Source: Paraspadella gotoi (lineage: Eukaryota; Animalia; Chaetognatha). From it: a DNA stretch of 64,000 nucleotides. The stretch is taken from contig CM119264.1 of the NCBI GenBank assembly GCA_051294375.1, positions 30,529,047 to 30,593,046 of the forward strand. The letters run 5' to 3'. Below, one piece after another: positions 40,121 to 53,400 of this stretch (position 1 is the stretch's first letter; each line of letters starts with the position of its first letter). The notes beneath the pieces were generated by a model, which searched no databases, was not told the origin of the DNA, and saw only the letters and a program-made list of their open reading frames with translations. Position numbers and translations under genes: made by a program.

Positions 40121-40545
40121 TTACAATTAAGTAAGAATGAATTTATATTAATAATCATTATTAATATAAATATTTAGAGAAACTGAGATCGCCAATCGAA
40201 TTATTTACGTAGATATTCCAATGCTTCCTAAGAAATTTTTTGGTTTCCTCTGTTCAAACCAGAATCGAAGGCCGGTGGACTACTCGGGTCTACAGCTCCT
40301 CTTCTCTCTCTTTTCCTCCTCCCTCCTCATCCTCCTCACGGGGATTCGGGGTCGCGTTCAAGTTTAGGTTCAGTTCATCTTTTCCTCTCTCTCTGACTCT
40401 TTCTCTCTCCCCTTTTTTTTTTGGACCTTTTTATATTTTCGAATAGAGTATAGAGCCCAGTTATGAAATATACTTATTCTCCTCCCATTCCTTTCGGTTT
40501 CTACTAGACGTGAGACTTAGTTAGGCCCAGAGCCCTCCAGTTACA
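40119..40545 (+). mobile_element. Putative 5' LTR of a tRNA-Lys-primed (Gypsy-like) retrotransposon; left boundary uncertain
   Basis: Ends in ..GTTACA one base before TGGCGCCCAATGTGGGGC, the classic tRNA-Lys(CUU) PBS with 1 mismatch. TGTTAC at 40119 is a possible start. No partner LTR or pol is visible. Confidence 0.5.
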
Positions 40546-40546
40546 G

Positions 40547-40625
40547 TGGCGCCCAATGTGGGGCTCGATCCTACGACCCAGGGATTAAGAGTCCCAGAGC
40601 CCTCCAGTTAGAGCAAACGACGGTC
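40547..40625 (-). pseudogene. tRNA-Lys(CUU)-derived sequence with encoded CCA, doubling as an extended primer-binding site
   Basis: The minus strand reads ..GCTCTAACTGGAGGGCTCTGGGACTCTTAATCCCTGGGTCGTAGGATCGAGCCCCACATTGGGCGCCA. The 3' 50 nt closely match metazoan tRNA-Lys-CTT. The 5' half is diverged and the acceptor stem does not pair. Confidence 0.8.
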
Positions 40626-41185
40626 ACAAAACATTTAAGTTTTGTTTTGTTTACAAATTCAATGTCGCATTGCATTGTACAATTAGCCAATTCTATTCCA
40701 TTATATTTTCTAATTTTAATAAATCAAAATTGTCTCTCTTTTTCTTCGACTATTTTAATTCCGACCACTTTCAATAGATGTGGGGTTCAAACCCAAAACG
40801 GTACTTTCCCTTCGCGGTGCATGACCACAAGGTCCGTGACCACCAAGTCCCGGGTTCGATGCCAAAACGGTACTTTTCTTGTGCGTGAGAACGGTCGTGG
40901 GACGTAGGAATTGATTTGGGCATGTGGAAACGCCCCAAGCCTGTTTCCATGATTAAGGCCCGTTGCATTGGAGCAGAAGGAAGGAAAAATTTACAAAATA
41001 TTTGTCTTATCCCCCGGTATAACCGATGTCGTATTGGAATCTGACAAACACAATTCTATCAGAAAAATTTCTCTCGGGAAAACCAAAATGCATTACTCAT
41101 TCAATAAAAAGCGAGAAAATTTTATTTTGTTTTTCACATTTTTATGTCGTGACGTTCTCTCTCTCTCTCTCTAGAGAGGAGAGAT

Positions 41186-41915
41186 CTTGTACCCTTCTTC
41201 TCTTCTACCTGTAGAGGAGACTTGGCGACAAAAGCCGCTCAATTAAATGTAGTCTGCAAGGGTAGGAAACTTTCACAGAGAGATCATGAGAGCGATCGTC
41301 TGTTAGTAGGCTGGAAGATGGCTTTTTACTAAAACTGCTTTCTGAACATAAGAACTTTAGCCTGGAAACGTCAGATATATAACAGGAAGATTCTCGATCA
41401 AAAAGGACAAATATATAAAAAAAAAAAAAAGAAAGATGCGACTATCGGAAAAAGATAAGAAACTCCGACTAAATGAATAGGTAATGGAAAGATACCGAGA
41501 AAATTAATAAATCTGCAGTCACTGAAAACGAAAATTCCATGCGAAAAACAATTTAAACAAAAATAGATCCAGCAAGAAAATCATCACAAAAAATCTCCGA
41601 AGAAAAATAACGGGCTTGTGCCGTTGATATTGAAAGTCGTAATGAATATATTGATGGTCCAGGAGAGAATATCCGTAAAAGGAAATCTGTGATCAAATAG
41701 TGGTACTGTACTCTAATAAATGTGATCTAGTGAATCGAATGTTACATTGTTTGAGTCTGTCCAAGTAAAGTTTGGAGAGACGAGAGAGAAGAAGAATACG
41801 CAGAGAGGGAGAGAAAGAGTGCTGTAGAAAGTAGTCAGGTCAGTCCCTGTCCGGTCGGATTCGGATTCAAGAGTCGGTGCGAATGGGTCGGATCTGGCCG
41901 TCCTCCGGTCGGCTC
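41186..41915 (-). repeat. LTR-like direct repeat, left copy (3' LTR)
   Basis: Aligns by eye with 47318-47860, with many indels. Confidence 0.8.
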
Positions 41916-44369
41916 TTCGTTGCCGTAGGCTCCTTTTCCTCAACCCCGCGCCTCGGCTCTAGGAGACTCCTAAGAACCTAAGCAGCACCGTCTAAATGCG
42001 CGCAGGACCGACGGTATCATATGCGAATCTCACACCTATCAACCCCCTAATTCTTCCTTCATGTCTTCTTGTTTCGGAGATGGAGTTTTCTGATTGATCT
42101 TCAATCTTGTTCTTCGTTCGAGGACATCATTAGGTTCCTGAAGAGCACTGAATAGAGGGGATTGAGGAGAAATATTCATAACACTCATTCATGAGATCGT
42201 ATGGCATAACGAGATTCATTTCCTTTCATTTGTTCGTTCGTACACATACATTAATCATTCATTTCGTTCATTTGTTCATTCATAATCGTTATATCATTCT
42301 GGGTTATCTTCAGAGATGGATAAGTTTCTTGAGTTCAATCCGATTGAATGGTTAAGCGTTTTTTCCTTGTCAGCTTTGTTTTAAATCTTATTTTAGGTTT
42401 TCTAGGTTCTTATTTCTTATTGTTTTTGTTTCTTCCTTGGTTGTTCTTGTTTCGGGTTTTTTCTTGTTTTTTTTTCCATTTTTGTTTCTTGTTTCGTTTT
42501 TGTCATTGATTATTAAGAGTTTCTTTTTTGTTGTAATATACAAGGTTTTTGTCTTTGAGTTATTTTTATACATAGATAAAGGCTATTAATGTAATGTTGA
42601 CAATTAATGTTTCATTCAATTTCTATAATATTCATTCTTGTCATCGATTTTCTTTTTTGTTGACATTCATTACTCAATACTGTCTGGACCAGAATTGGTG
42701 GCGCAATCCTCTATCAAAGGGTTTCCTTCTGCCTGGCTGATGAGAACGCCGAGCATCATAGTCTTTCATCGTCTAAATTGTTCTAGATTTCTGGATTTTT
42801 CTTCTGTTCTTGGTCCTTTGTTGATGGTCTTGTTCTTGGTCTCTTGTTCTTATGTGTCTTGTTCGTCAGTTCAATTTCTTGTTCTATTTCTTTTGCCGGT
42901 TCCTTCGCCGCGGATGGTGCACCGTTTCACGACATACGGTTCCACAATTTTCCCGGATATCAAGAACTTTGGAAGAACGGGCTCCTAGCTGGCGCTGCGC
43001 TTCCAAAACTTTTTCAGGATTTTATTGTTTTTTCTTTTATTTAGTTTTCGTATCTTCGTAATTTCCTTTGATGTTGAGTCGTTTCAGATAGGCGGTTCCA
43101 GATGAATCTACTGTGCGCGGCGCCAAGCCGTTCCATTTGTGTCCCATTGATCTTGATTCCACCACGCCCCACATTCAGTGTGTCGGAACTTTGAATGGGA
43201 AGCCTTTCGTCCGGTTAATAAAGATTGTGGCCTCCCTTGAAGCTGGCAGCTGCCGCGCCCTTGGTGGCCCACACCCTTTGCCGGCTCCTCTTTCCACGCT
43301 GGCATGGCCGCGCGCCGGAAGGGATGGCTTGCACATTCATTCTGTACATTCTTTCGCACGCGAGAATTGGCTGGTTGGCCGCCGGAACTTGTTATCCTTA
43401 AGCACTAACGCCTTCGGGTTGAGTCCGATAGGTATTCCGGCGCGTAATTCTCTGGCTGGTATGTCCTGGCCGGCCTTTCCATTACCCTATAGGTCAGGTC
43501 CGCCGGCGGGTTCCGCGACGCCACAAGCAACCTTTGCTGGGTTGCGCACCGGCTTTCCCAGTACTGTAAGTTTACTGAGGTTCGGGTTGGCCGGGCGGTT
43601 TTCCGACGCCGCACTCTCTGGCTGGTTGCCGGTCGGCTTTCCATTAACCCTTAGGTCAGTTGTCCGACGGGTTCCGGCGCCAGAGCTCCGTCAGAGTGTT
43701 GATCGTTCGGCGTTGCTTCGTTCACATGGAGAATAAAAAGAGACAGATTAGTAGTTATATGTTAGACAATTTTTTTTGTATCTGTTTTTTTCTAATGATT
43801 ATAAATTGTTTAATATTTAAAGAATACTCCGATTTAAAAAATATGATCTTGTAGAGTAAGAGTTTAGTCCAGTTGAACTAAATTCTTAGTTTTATTCTGT
43901 TTAATTATAAAATAATAATTCTGAATAAAATAATGCTATTTTATATTTTAAATATTTCTTTGCTCTTTTTTATCGGGGTTTCTCGTTCTTTCATGTTTCT
44001 TATTCATTTTTATTTAATATACATATAATATTTATTATTAGCCAGTTTTAATTCATTATTTTTAACATGACCATGTATTTTTCATTAGCTTAAAATAGTA
44101 AATTTAGTGACGTCGGAAACCGAAACAAAATGCTAATCAACTTCATTAGGTCAGGGGCTACAAACAATTTAGTCATTCAGACATTCACTTAAGTGGGTTT
44201 CTATCTCATAACTATTATTTCAGTAATATGGCGGAACTCACCGGAATCAAAAGCCGTGCAGCAGTGAGAGATAGTCATGTTTGTTGAGGGCTGTCGACAA
44301 GATTCGTAGTGTAAGGAGAAGTCGCCAAACCCACACTTTCGCGTATGTCACGGGGTCCTGTCTTCGGGG

Positions 44370-46780
44370 CAAAATGCCTGTAACATTATGCACAATAGAG
44401 TGGGTGTGGCGCCACCACAAATAGCAATACAGTTGGCCATTTTTAGGCAAGTTACACATCTGTTTTAGCAAATGGTTCTTTTCTATAGACTATTCTATAG
44501 CATTAAACCAGTTTTCTTTTCATATATAAGTATGCTTTGTTTTCAATTGGAGCAGTTTTTTTTAAAAGGTCTTTGCAAGCTTCAACATTTGCCCCTTCAT
44601 TACATATCATACACAAGCATGTTTGCAAGCTTTCAACTTTCTAAGCAATTCGTACACTAAGATGCTAATGAAACCTTGGTTGAACCTTCAAAAGGGTTGC
44701 CTTTGTCGGCTTTCACCTGCTCCGCCGTTCAGGTTCCCGGCCGTGATTCGTTGGCGTTTGATGCAGGCGATGTCGACGCGTGATCTTCTTTTTTTGCATA
44801 GGCTTCCTTTTTCTAAAAGGATTCTTTTTCTTGAGAAAGAATGATGAAGTCGTCAAACTTCAACTTTCTCCCGTGGATGGTACTGATGATCTGCATTCTT
44901 TTCCGGCGATACGCTCGCTCTTTTAGAATAAAAGTCACATCCTGGTTTCGCATAATTTTGTTCTGATAACATGTGTCTATGCATACCATTTCACTCCCTT
45001 TTTCATAATAGTTATTCAGCCAAAACGTTTGACTCAATATCTTCTCAATAACAGTGGCTAAAACCTGTCCAATTTCTGTTCTGTTTTTTCGCAAAGGCAA
45101 TTTTTTTATTTTTTTTTTTTTATTATCTTAGGTTTTGGCCAACGATATCCTTGAGCAAAAATCATGGACGTTGGCATCTTTCTTCCCAAATTCTTTTCTT
45201 AGGGTCTCCAAAGCTTCCTTTAATTGCCTCAGAGTGGTTCATTTTCTTTCATTATGAATTTTGGTTAGTTTCATATGAGCCAGTCCTGTAAACCAATGGT
45301 TGAGCTCTTGTAGTTTGACGCTGTCAGTAGCTTCAGCCTGTTTCATGGTTTGCTTCATAGCTCGCATATGCATTTCAAACACAACATTCTTGTCTTCTCC
45401 AGAAAAAGGGTTCTTTGGCCTTCCCTGTTCGAACATTTCCTCCAGCATGGAGAATCCTTTTTTTCAATTGGTTCATTCAAGTTGTCTATAAATAGAATCA
45501 TTAAGGTTGGTTCTTGCAGCAGTTGTTGGTTGCTGGGGTCATAACCCGGAGTTTGAGCGCAAACAATCTGAGTCGGCTTCAAAAAAAGCGGGTCGTTTGT
45601 AATCTCCAAAACTCACTCGCGTACGATTTTTTTTTCATTTTCCAAGTTGTAAGGGTGATTATTGTGGACCAAGTCCTCCTAGACTTGATGGATCCTCCTT
45701 TCTTGTTTTTTAGATTTCCCACTTCATGGTTTGGCACAGCAATCGCGGAGCTTATGTTCATAGTTCTCTCAGCTTTCCAGTTCTTTGTCTCTCATTAAGG
45801 TTCTTCTCCACTCGCATTTCGAGGCGTCCTTGAAGCTTTTTGGAAGGCTTGCAACATTTCATTCAAGTCATTTCGCGATTCTTTCATTTTCGGCAGAAAA
45901 GAGGATCGGACGGGAACTCATACGTGACTTCTCCTTCAAATAGAGAGCGAGTTTTCAATGAAGGATCGAGTTTTTCTTTTCACAATCTTCTCGATTTATT
46001 GTCTTCATTTCTCTCTCTTTTATTTCGGTTCATGGAGTTTGCATTTCTTTTTCCATCTCTATTTTTCTTTTTTGCTATTTCTTGTTTGTAGCCTCGAGCT
46101 CTTCTTTTTCTTCTTTTTTCCGCCTTGATAAAGGGTCCAATTCATGTTTGTATTCTTTGTCAAATTTTCTTCTCTTGTCACACAGCAATCTATTTCAAAA
46201 TCATTGAAGTGTTCGTGGTCCCGAAGCCAAGAATCCTCATTGATCTACAAGCATTCATTTGTGTCACAATAGGGCTTTCGTTTGTTCACATCATCAGTTC
46301 GTCCGCTTCATAACGTGTTGCTTCAACCTGTTCACGAGTTTTCAGACTGTCTGCCGGATGTCGAGTCGAAATCCTCAACTTTCACTCTTTGATTTATCAT
46401 CATCCTTGTTTTTCAGAAATCGTGCAGTTTCCTTGCTACGTGGCACTCTGGTCCTTTTCCTCGTCCATGGCGACGATAGCAATGTTCACGTATTTGGAGA
46501 GTCTGGTCGAGAAGATTGAGATCGTCGTGGAGAGATCGGCAAGACTTTTGCAGCAGCGCTTGGTCTGTCTCATCTTCAATTCGAGGAGATCCAGTAGTTC
46601 AGCCGGCGATAGTGACGCGATTCCGGGGGTGGCGAGTTCCTGTACGCCTCATGAGGCCCGTAGAGCGCGTGGACGGCATCGGCGAATCCCCTTTGGAGTC
46701 GGGTCATCCACTTTCAATTTGCGCGCGCTCAAAGCATTGAGAATCTCGAAATCGACATCGTTCGTATGAAACAAAACAAA
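44370..46780 (-). pseudogene. gag: Frameshifted BEL/Pao-type gag
   Basis: DUF1759-like segment FSGEDKNVVFEMHMRAMKQTMKQAEATDSVKLQELNHWFTGLAHMKL..LKEALETLRKEFG at about 45180-45450. Serial Cys/His knuckle remnants at about 44370-44620 (CMICNEGANVEAC; KNH..KQ.C; ICGG..HSIVH). Upstream boundary approximate. Confidence 0.65.
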
Positions 46781-47317
46781 AGTTGGGATGAAGAGAAAGA
46801 ATAACAAAATTTGTTCAAATCATTCAATTACACGTTCTAATCCTTTAAAAGGTTTGAAAAATTAGGTAAAAAAGACTCCGAATAAAGTTGGCTTTCATTT
46901 AGTGGAATTCGTATGGTTCAAGCCAAATATTCACGAATTTTCAACTAAAACAAATTGAATTTAAATGCAATACAAACCAATTCCGTAAAATCCGTTTTGG
47001 GTCAATTCAGATCAATTTCAAATAAAAGATTTAGTTACGGAAATCACTGGTTTCAAATAATCGAAATCGGACGGCAGTAGAAGCAAACAAAACATCAAAA
47101 CTAAATCATTCAATCGTCAAATTCATTTATCAAATCGGTTAATCATTCGACTAACCAAATCAAATGCAATCAATCACTTTGATTCGGCGAGTCACCTTCG
47201 TTGGATTTGATGTCGGTTTCCGATCCGAAGGTTGGGTGACCCCAAGCTTTTGAAAATGGCATTAATCCAATTCATGTCAATCATAAAAACAAGCTTACCC
47301 GTTGAAGCGATGGTTTA

Positions 47318-47860
47318 TTGTCCTTACTGTAGAGAGATCTTGGCTCTCCCGCGTCGCAGGGTAGGAATGGCTCGTCGTGAGGGAGGCTCAACTGCATCTG
47401 ACAAGACTCCCGACGTCGTATATAACTGGAGATCTCTCAAAAAGCAAATAATAAATAGTCGATCGTAAAATGTAATAAAAATGTAATAAAAAACTTATAA
47501 ATCAGCAACGAAAATCCAGCGTAAATACAAACCAAAAAATCCAGCAAAAAATCATAACAAAAAATCTCCGAAGAAATAACGGCGTCCGGGAAAAGGTCGT
47601 AAGAAAATAGTTGATGTTCCAGAGAAAATCGTAAGGAATCGTGATCCAAAGTTGGTCTGTCTCTAAAAATTGTGATCTAGTGAATCTGAATTTGTCCTCT
47701 GTTTGAGTCTGTCCAAGTAAAGTTTGGAGAGAGAGAGAGAGAGAAAGAGAGAAGGAGTAGAAAGAGTGGAGAAAGTAGTCAGGTGCAGTCCCTGTCCGTC
47801 CCCTCGATCGGCTCAATCGGTCGAATGGGTCCGGCATCTGGCCGTCTCCGTCGGTCTCTG
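47318..47860 (-). repeat. LTR-like direct repeat, right copy (5' LTR)
   Basis: Matches 41186-41915; a minus-strand AATAAA lies immediately adjacent at about 47314-47319. Confidence 0.8.
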
Positions 47861-48798
47861 CCTTTTTCTCTTCACTCTTGTGTCTCTCTGTCTCTCTCTC
47901 TTTGTCTCTCTGTCCCTCAGTCCGGGTCCTCATATGCGTCTTTTTCCGCCGCTTAGCTTTCACTTGACGTCAGTTGCTTTTGAGGTTCCGGGGTTGGGAA
48001 GGGTGAGTCGCGGGATGGGGAGAGGTGAGGCAAGGAGGAGGAGGGAAAGAGGAGGAGGAAGAGGAGAAGCGCAGAAGGGGTGAGGAGAGAAAGAAATCTA
48101 TTTGAAGAGAGTAATTTTGCGCAGATTCAAAAAAGAAACAAAACATGGCAAAAAAGAAATTAGCGAAAAAAAAACTTGAATATTATAAATAACCTAAATC
48201 AGTTTTTATACTTCTTTTCTACGCTCCTTCAAATTTTTCTTTTCAAAGTGATGTTTGTATTGGAATTATAAATGTTTTAATTTTTCTGAGTCGTTATTTG
48301 AGAGGTTTTTTCTTGAGTTTTTTGAAGCCACCCGCACGAGAGGAGAGTAGACTGAGACTAGAGAGAGAGAAGGACGAGAGAGAAGAGAGGAGAGAGAGAG
48401 AGACGCAGCAGAGAGAGAAAGGATAGGAGAAGAATTAGAGTCTGAGTAAGGCCGCGACGCTTTCTATTTTAAAACTGATGAAGACGGGAATTAGGATATC
48501 CCATGGAGGCACGTTCTTTTGAGAGGTCAAAGGATCGTAGATGGGATGAAGAGAGAGACAGAGAGCGAGAGAGAGAGAAAGAAGAGAACTCGAAGAGAGA
48601 CTGAGAGAGAGACACGAGAGGATGAGCGAGAGATGTAGGCGCAGGAAAAAAGCCTTGAAAACGGGACGTGGTCTATAGAGAATGGATAGAGAGATTAGGG
48701 GAGGTTTCAAGGACGGTTGACAGCATCTCAACAAGGGTAAATGCGAAAAATTTCCAGGGAAGCGATTAAAGAGAAAAGAGACAGGAAGAAAAAAGGGC

Positions 48799-48851
<53 letters not shown>

Positions 48852-50484
48852 GAGATGAGAGTATGAGAGAGAGAGAGAGGAGAGAGGATCTGAAGAGGAA
48901 TAATAAGATATATCTGAGGCAGGCAAGCTGAGCGCGCGCAAGCATGAAACCGAAAACAGAGAGAAAGAGACAAAAAAGCAGGAGAGAGACGAGTCAAGAG
49001 AGAGAAACAGACGAGAGAGAGAATCCTTATGCGCGGCATATAACATGTTATCTCAGACCAGTAATGTGGGTGTATATTGGTTTGGTTTAAGGTAAGCACG
49101 ATGAGAGAGAGAGAGATACGGGAGAGAGGAAGTTTCGAGTGGTAGTTTAGTTATGAGAGTTTATGATGAGTTAGAAGACTTGAGAAGAGAGGTCAGAAGA
49201 AACAAAAAAAAAAATCTAGAGATAAAAGATGAATAAAACGCGAATCTAGAGAAAGAAAAGTTTCTGGATGAGGAAAAGAGTGATGAGTTATATGTTAAGG
49301 AATTGTTTGGATGCTCAGGTAAGGAATTTTGAGGAAAAGAAGAATATATATATGACGATATTTGATTTGACATGACATTGGAGCATCCCGACACGCAATT
49401 CAACGAATCGTGAAGATAATTTGAATTGCTACGACCTGTTCCTGATCCACTTCATTGCTCCCCTGAAACACGCTTCTTATCTTGTCCACGCAAAATAGCT
49501 CGTATATGACCGTTTCAAGTATTCGGAATCCAAATCGTAATTGAACTTTTATGAATAATGAATTTCAAATGGACGCATAGTTTATTTGTTTACATCAATA
49601 AATAAAACAGTTTTGTGTTGGTTTATTTTCATTTTTAGTTGTTTTTATTTCTTATTTTGTTTTGTATCTCGTGTTCATGTGCGCTTGTTCTTTTTCATTT
49701 TTTATTTCATTTCTTACAATCAATCCAACCATTTTCAATTAGGGTATTCTCATGTCGTTTACAAACAGGCCTCTAACCTTTTTACAAGTATATCATGCAT
49801 TTGTCAAACAGGTTTGCTTTAAAATTAAAGGACCAGCATCTTATGCGCTCGTCTGGCTTTAGACTGCCGCGCCACATATTGCTGTCTGCTTTCTAGATTG
49901 GGCCGCATTCCCAAAATTATGCGTGTCGTACCGACCCCACAATTCGCAAAGCGAACAGAGAATGAAAAAAAATTCATCCGGTTCTCAGGTAAAAAAAAGT
50001 TGCGAATTCTGTCTGTTTGTGTCTTAAGTTCTCGCTATCTTTCTCTTTCCTCCCCCGCCTCTCTTTCTCTCCCTCTTTCTCTCTCTCCTTTATCTCTTTC
50101 TCCTCTTTCTCACTCTCTCTCTCTCTTCCAGCTCCATTTTCTCCTCTCTCCTTCACTCTTTCTCCTTCTATTCTTCTCTCCCCTTTTTTCGATCTTTTCT
50201 CTATTACTTTCTTTCTCTTTTTCTTCTCTCTCTATATTTCTTTTCTTCCTCCTCTCTCTCTCTCTTTTTTTTTCTTTCTCTTCTCTCACATCTGTTTCTT
50301 TTTCACTCTCCTCTCTCTTTTTCTTTCTCTCTCTTCTTCTCTCTCTCTCTCTAAATCTCTCTTTTTCTCTTTCTCTCTCTTTCTCTCTCTTCCTACTTTC
50401 CTTCCCTAGTTGTGCTTCCACCTTTGCTCCCTCTTTCATCTTTCTTCATCTCTCCCTCTCTCTCTCTCTCTGCCCTCTCTCTCT

Positions 50485-53400
50485 CTCTCATTTCGACTTT
50501 GTTCCTCATAGGTTGCGGTAATCCAACCTAATCTCTTCTCTCTCTCTTTTCTATCCTACTCTTTTCTTTTCTCCCTATGTCTCTGGGTGCTATCCCACTC
50601 GTTCTATCCCTTTTATTCCCTCCTCCAAGTTCGGTTCACTCTTTGTTTCTCTGCTCCCTCTTCTCTCTTTCTTTCCCCCTCTCCTCTCTCTTCTCTCCTC
50701 GCTCTCTACTCCGACTTTTCGCTTCCCAGCTAGGTTGCGTATCAACTTAGTCTCTCTCTCTTCTTTCTCTCTCTCCTTTCTCTCTCCTCTCATTTCGCTT
50801 TTTCTTCCCCTGTTGCCTTCCCTTCTCTCTCTTCTCTCTCTTTTCTCCATCTCTCTCTCTTCTTCTCTCTCTCTTTCTCCGAACTTTTACTTCTCGTTCC
50901 ATGATAGGTCTTGCTGGCCGTATCAACCTTAGCATCTCTCCTCTTTTCTTTCTTTTTCTCTCCTGCTTCCTCTTCTCTCTCCTGCTCTCTCTCCCTCTCT
51001 ATCCGACTTTTTCTTCCTTCTCTATTAGAGTTTTGCCTGCAGTAATTCAACCAATTTAGTCTTCTCTCTCTCTCTTTTTTACTTCTCCTTCTCCCTCTCC
51101 TCTCTCTCGTATCTCTTTTCTCTAACTTTCTTCCATCTCTCATCTCTCTTCGACTTTTTCATTTACTACTTCGCTGCTAAGGTTTCGGTATCATAAAACC
51201 TTCTAGTCTCTCTCTCTCTCGTCCATTCTCTCTCTCTTTTTTTCTCTACTCTTTTTTCGCCTCTAACCTTCTCCTCTCCCTTCTCGTCTCGGGTCCCTCT
51301 TTATCCGCGACTTTTTTCCTTCCGCTAGGGAGGCATATACTTGAAGTTCGCGGACCAATTCGGAGTCACTCTCTATTGTTTCCCGGCTGCCGGCTATGAT
51401 TCCTTTCCATTTTTCTTCTCCAAATTACTCGCGTGCTTCAGGTCGCGACCTGGTTGTTCCCGTATATCGCTGTAACCGCGCCGATACCGGGGGTCATTTT
51501 CTCTCTTTCTCACACACGTATCTTCTTCTAATTTCCCTTCTGGCGGCCGGCATTGAAACATCAAAGTACCACGCGATACCAGACTCGGAGCTGTAGAGAG
51601 ACGCGGATACATCTGCTCTTTCCTTTAATCCAAAAGAATAAAAGATATAAACAAAGAAAGATAATAAACATTATGAAAAAAGAAAGGAAGGAAAAGAAAT
51701 AAGGAAAAGAAAGAAAAAAAACAGAGACTATTAAGAAAGAAAAGAAAGAAAACGAAAGAAAGAAAGAAAGAAAGCGAAACGAAAAGTAAAGAAGACAGGA
51801 AGGCACAATAGGAGAAACAGAAAGAAAAAACACCGGAAAGAAGGAATAAAAAATAAAGGTTAATGTAATTAAAAATGAAAGTAAAATTAGCGAGTTCAGA
51901 GAAAGATCTTTAACTGAAAATATCAATCGAATTATAGCGAAATAAAAATAACAAACCCTATTATCTTGTATGAATTTTTAGACTTCTTTTTTTATTTATT
52001 ATTTTTGGTTAATTTTCCTATCTTCCAATGATTTTTGAATTTTATCTGACTTATTCTTTTATTCCCTAAAATTTTTGTTTACGTTAATCTTTACATGTTA
52101 ATTTCTATTTAGTGAGTTTGTTTAATCTAGCGTATGTTAATATTTTTAAACTGAACTGTTTTGCTCGAGGCCTTTTGTTTCAGCTTTTGCTCCACTTCCC
52201 TAGGTGAAAACAAGGCGACCCTATCTCAAAACAATTTCGGCACAAAGACAGCTTTCCCAGACAAAAGATATAAGTTAAAAACTTTGCTTGACTTTTTTTT
52301 ACAAAAATTATATTTAGCTAATCCAATTAAAAGTAATAAGGAATATAATCAACTAAAATGTTTAAGTGATGGAAAAAATATTTGGGTTTTTGTATTGACT
52401 AGTTCAGTTTAAATTTAAAAACTACTGCCTATAACGTCATTATCTTGATGAGAGAAGTGATGGAGGGCCTAAGCCGAACAAAGTCCTGTCCATAAGTCAG
52501 GGGCAAGATCAGCTTATTTGACTTAGAATGAAAGTGGATATTTTATATTGGTGATGTAAAAAGTATTTGATTTATTTAGTAAAATGAAGATTTTGGTGAC
52601 AGAGTTTATGTAGAATCTACATAACCCAGCGCGAGTACAACAAGCTTCGGATTGCTGTTTGCTGTTTAATGTGCGTATAGTGTTCACTTTAAAATTTTAG
52701 ACAAGAAAGCACAACATCAAATTTAGCTTCTGTATGTTTAATTAATAGGTGAATTATTTAAAATGGCAATTCTTGTCTGTGCTCTTGGTTTTTAAATACA
52801 AATTATTTTTTCATAATTGGGTAGAAAATAAACTCGAAAGTTTTCAACTTATTAATTGTATTATCCAATGTCAGTTATTAATCGAAATAAAATTTATAAT
52901 ATAGAACAAATGAAAAAAAATTCTTTGGAGCAGTCACCGTCAGCATAACAAAAATACAATAATTTGAAATAATAAGCAGAAGTGTTATATAAACAATGTC
53001 AGAGACATTGTAAAGAAGATTTATTCTCTCTAGCCAATCTCTTCAAAAAATGCACCAGTATTTTTAAAGATAACTAATAGGGATTCCCAAAAGTTTATTT
53101 TTAATTATGAGCGAGTTTTTGCCATATAAAATGTTAACACTATTTCTTTTAAAAAGATTAAAATAAAACTATATTAAAAAATTACATTAGAAGCAATGAG
53201 ACAATTTATATCTTTTGCTTTGTTCCTCTACTTATTCAGGGTGATGTCCTTTTATACTCTACAGGTTCTTTTTAATATTTTATTTATTAAATTATTTCAA
53301 ATATAAATATTTCATCAGAAATAAGTAACAAGGACAATATTTACAAACCGTTCCAGCGTACCTCTGACGATCTCGCGCACGTAGTCCTATTGATTCGCAA

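Larger units (their letters stand above)
41186..47860 (-). mobile_element. BEL/Pao-like LTR retroelement carrying gag but no recognisable pol (non-autonomous)
   Basis: Direct repeats of about 550-700 bp at 41186-41915 and 47318-47860 (shared TGTGATCTAGTGAATC and GTTTGAGTCTGTCCAAGTAAAGTTTGGAGAGA) flank a degenerate minus-strand gag. Confidence 0.7.

Noticed and set aside
40303-40322. Partial resemblance to the PacBio SMRTbell adapter (TCTCTCTCTTTTCCTCCTCC)
   Set aside because: It is a low-complexity match lacking the GTTGTTGTT half, and the flanks are not inverted around it.
40547-40625. Functional tRNA-Lys gene
   Set aside because: The acceptor stem does not pair, the T-loop reads GGATCGA, CCA is encoded, and no oligo-T terminator follows.
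47205-47245. tRNA-Tyr-type PBS for the BEL-like element
   Set aside because: There is only a loose, gapped resemblance to TGGTCCTTCGAGCCGG in noisy sequence, so I did not call it.
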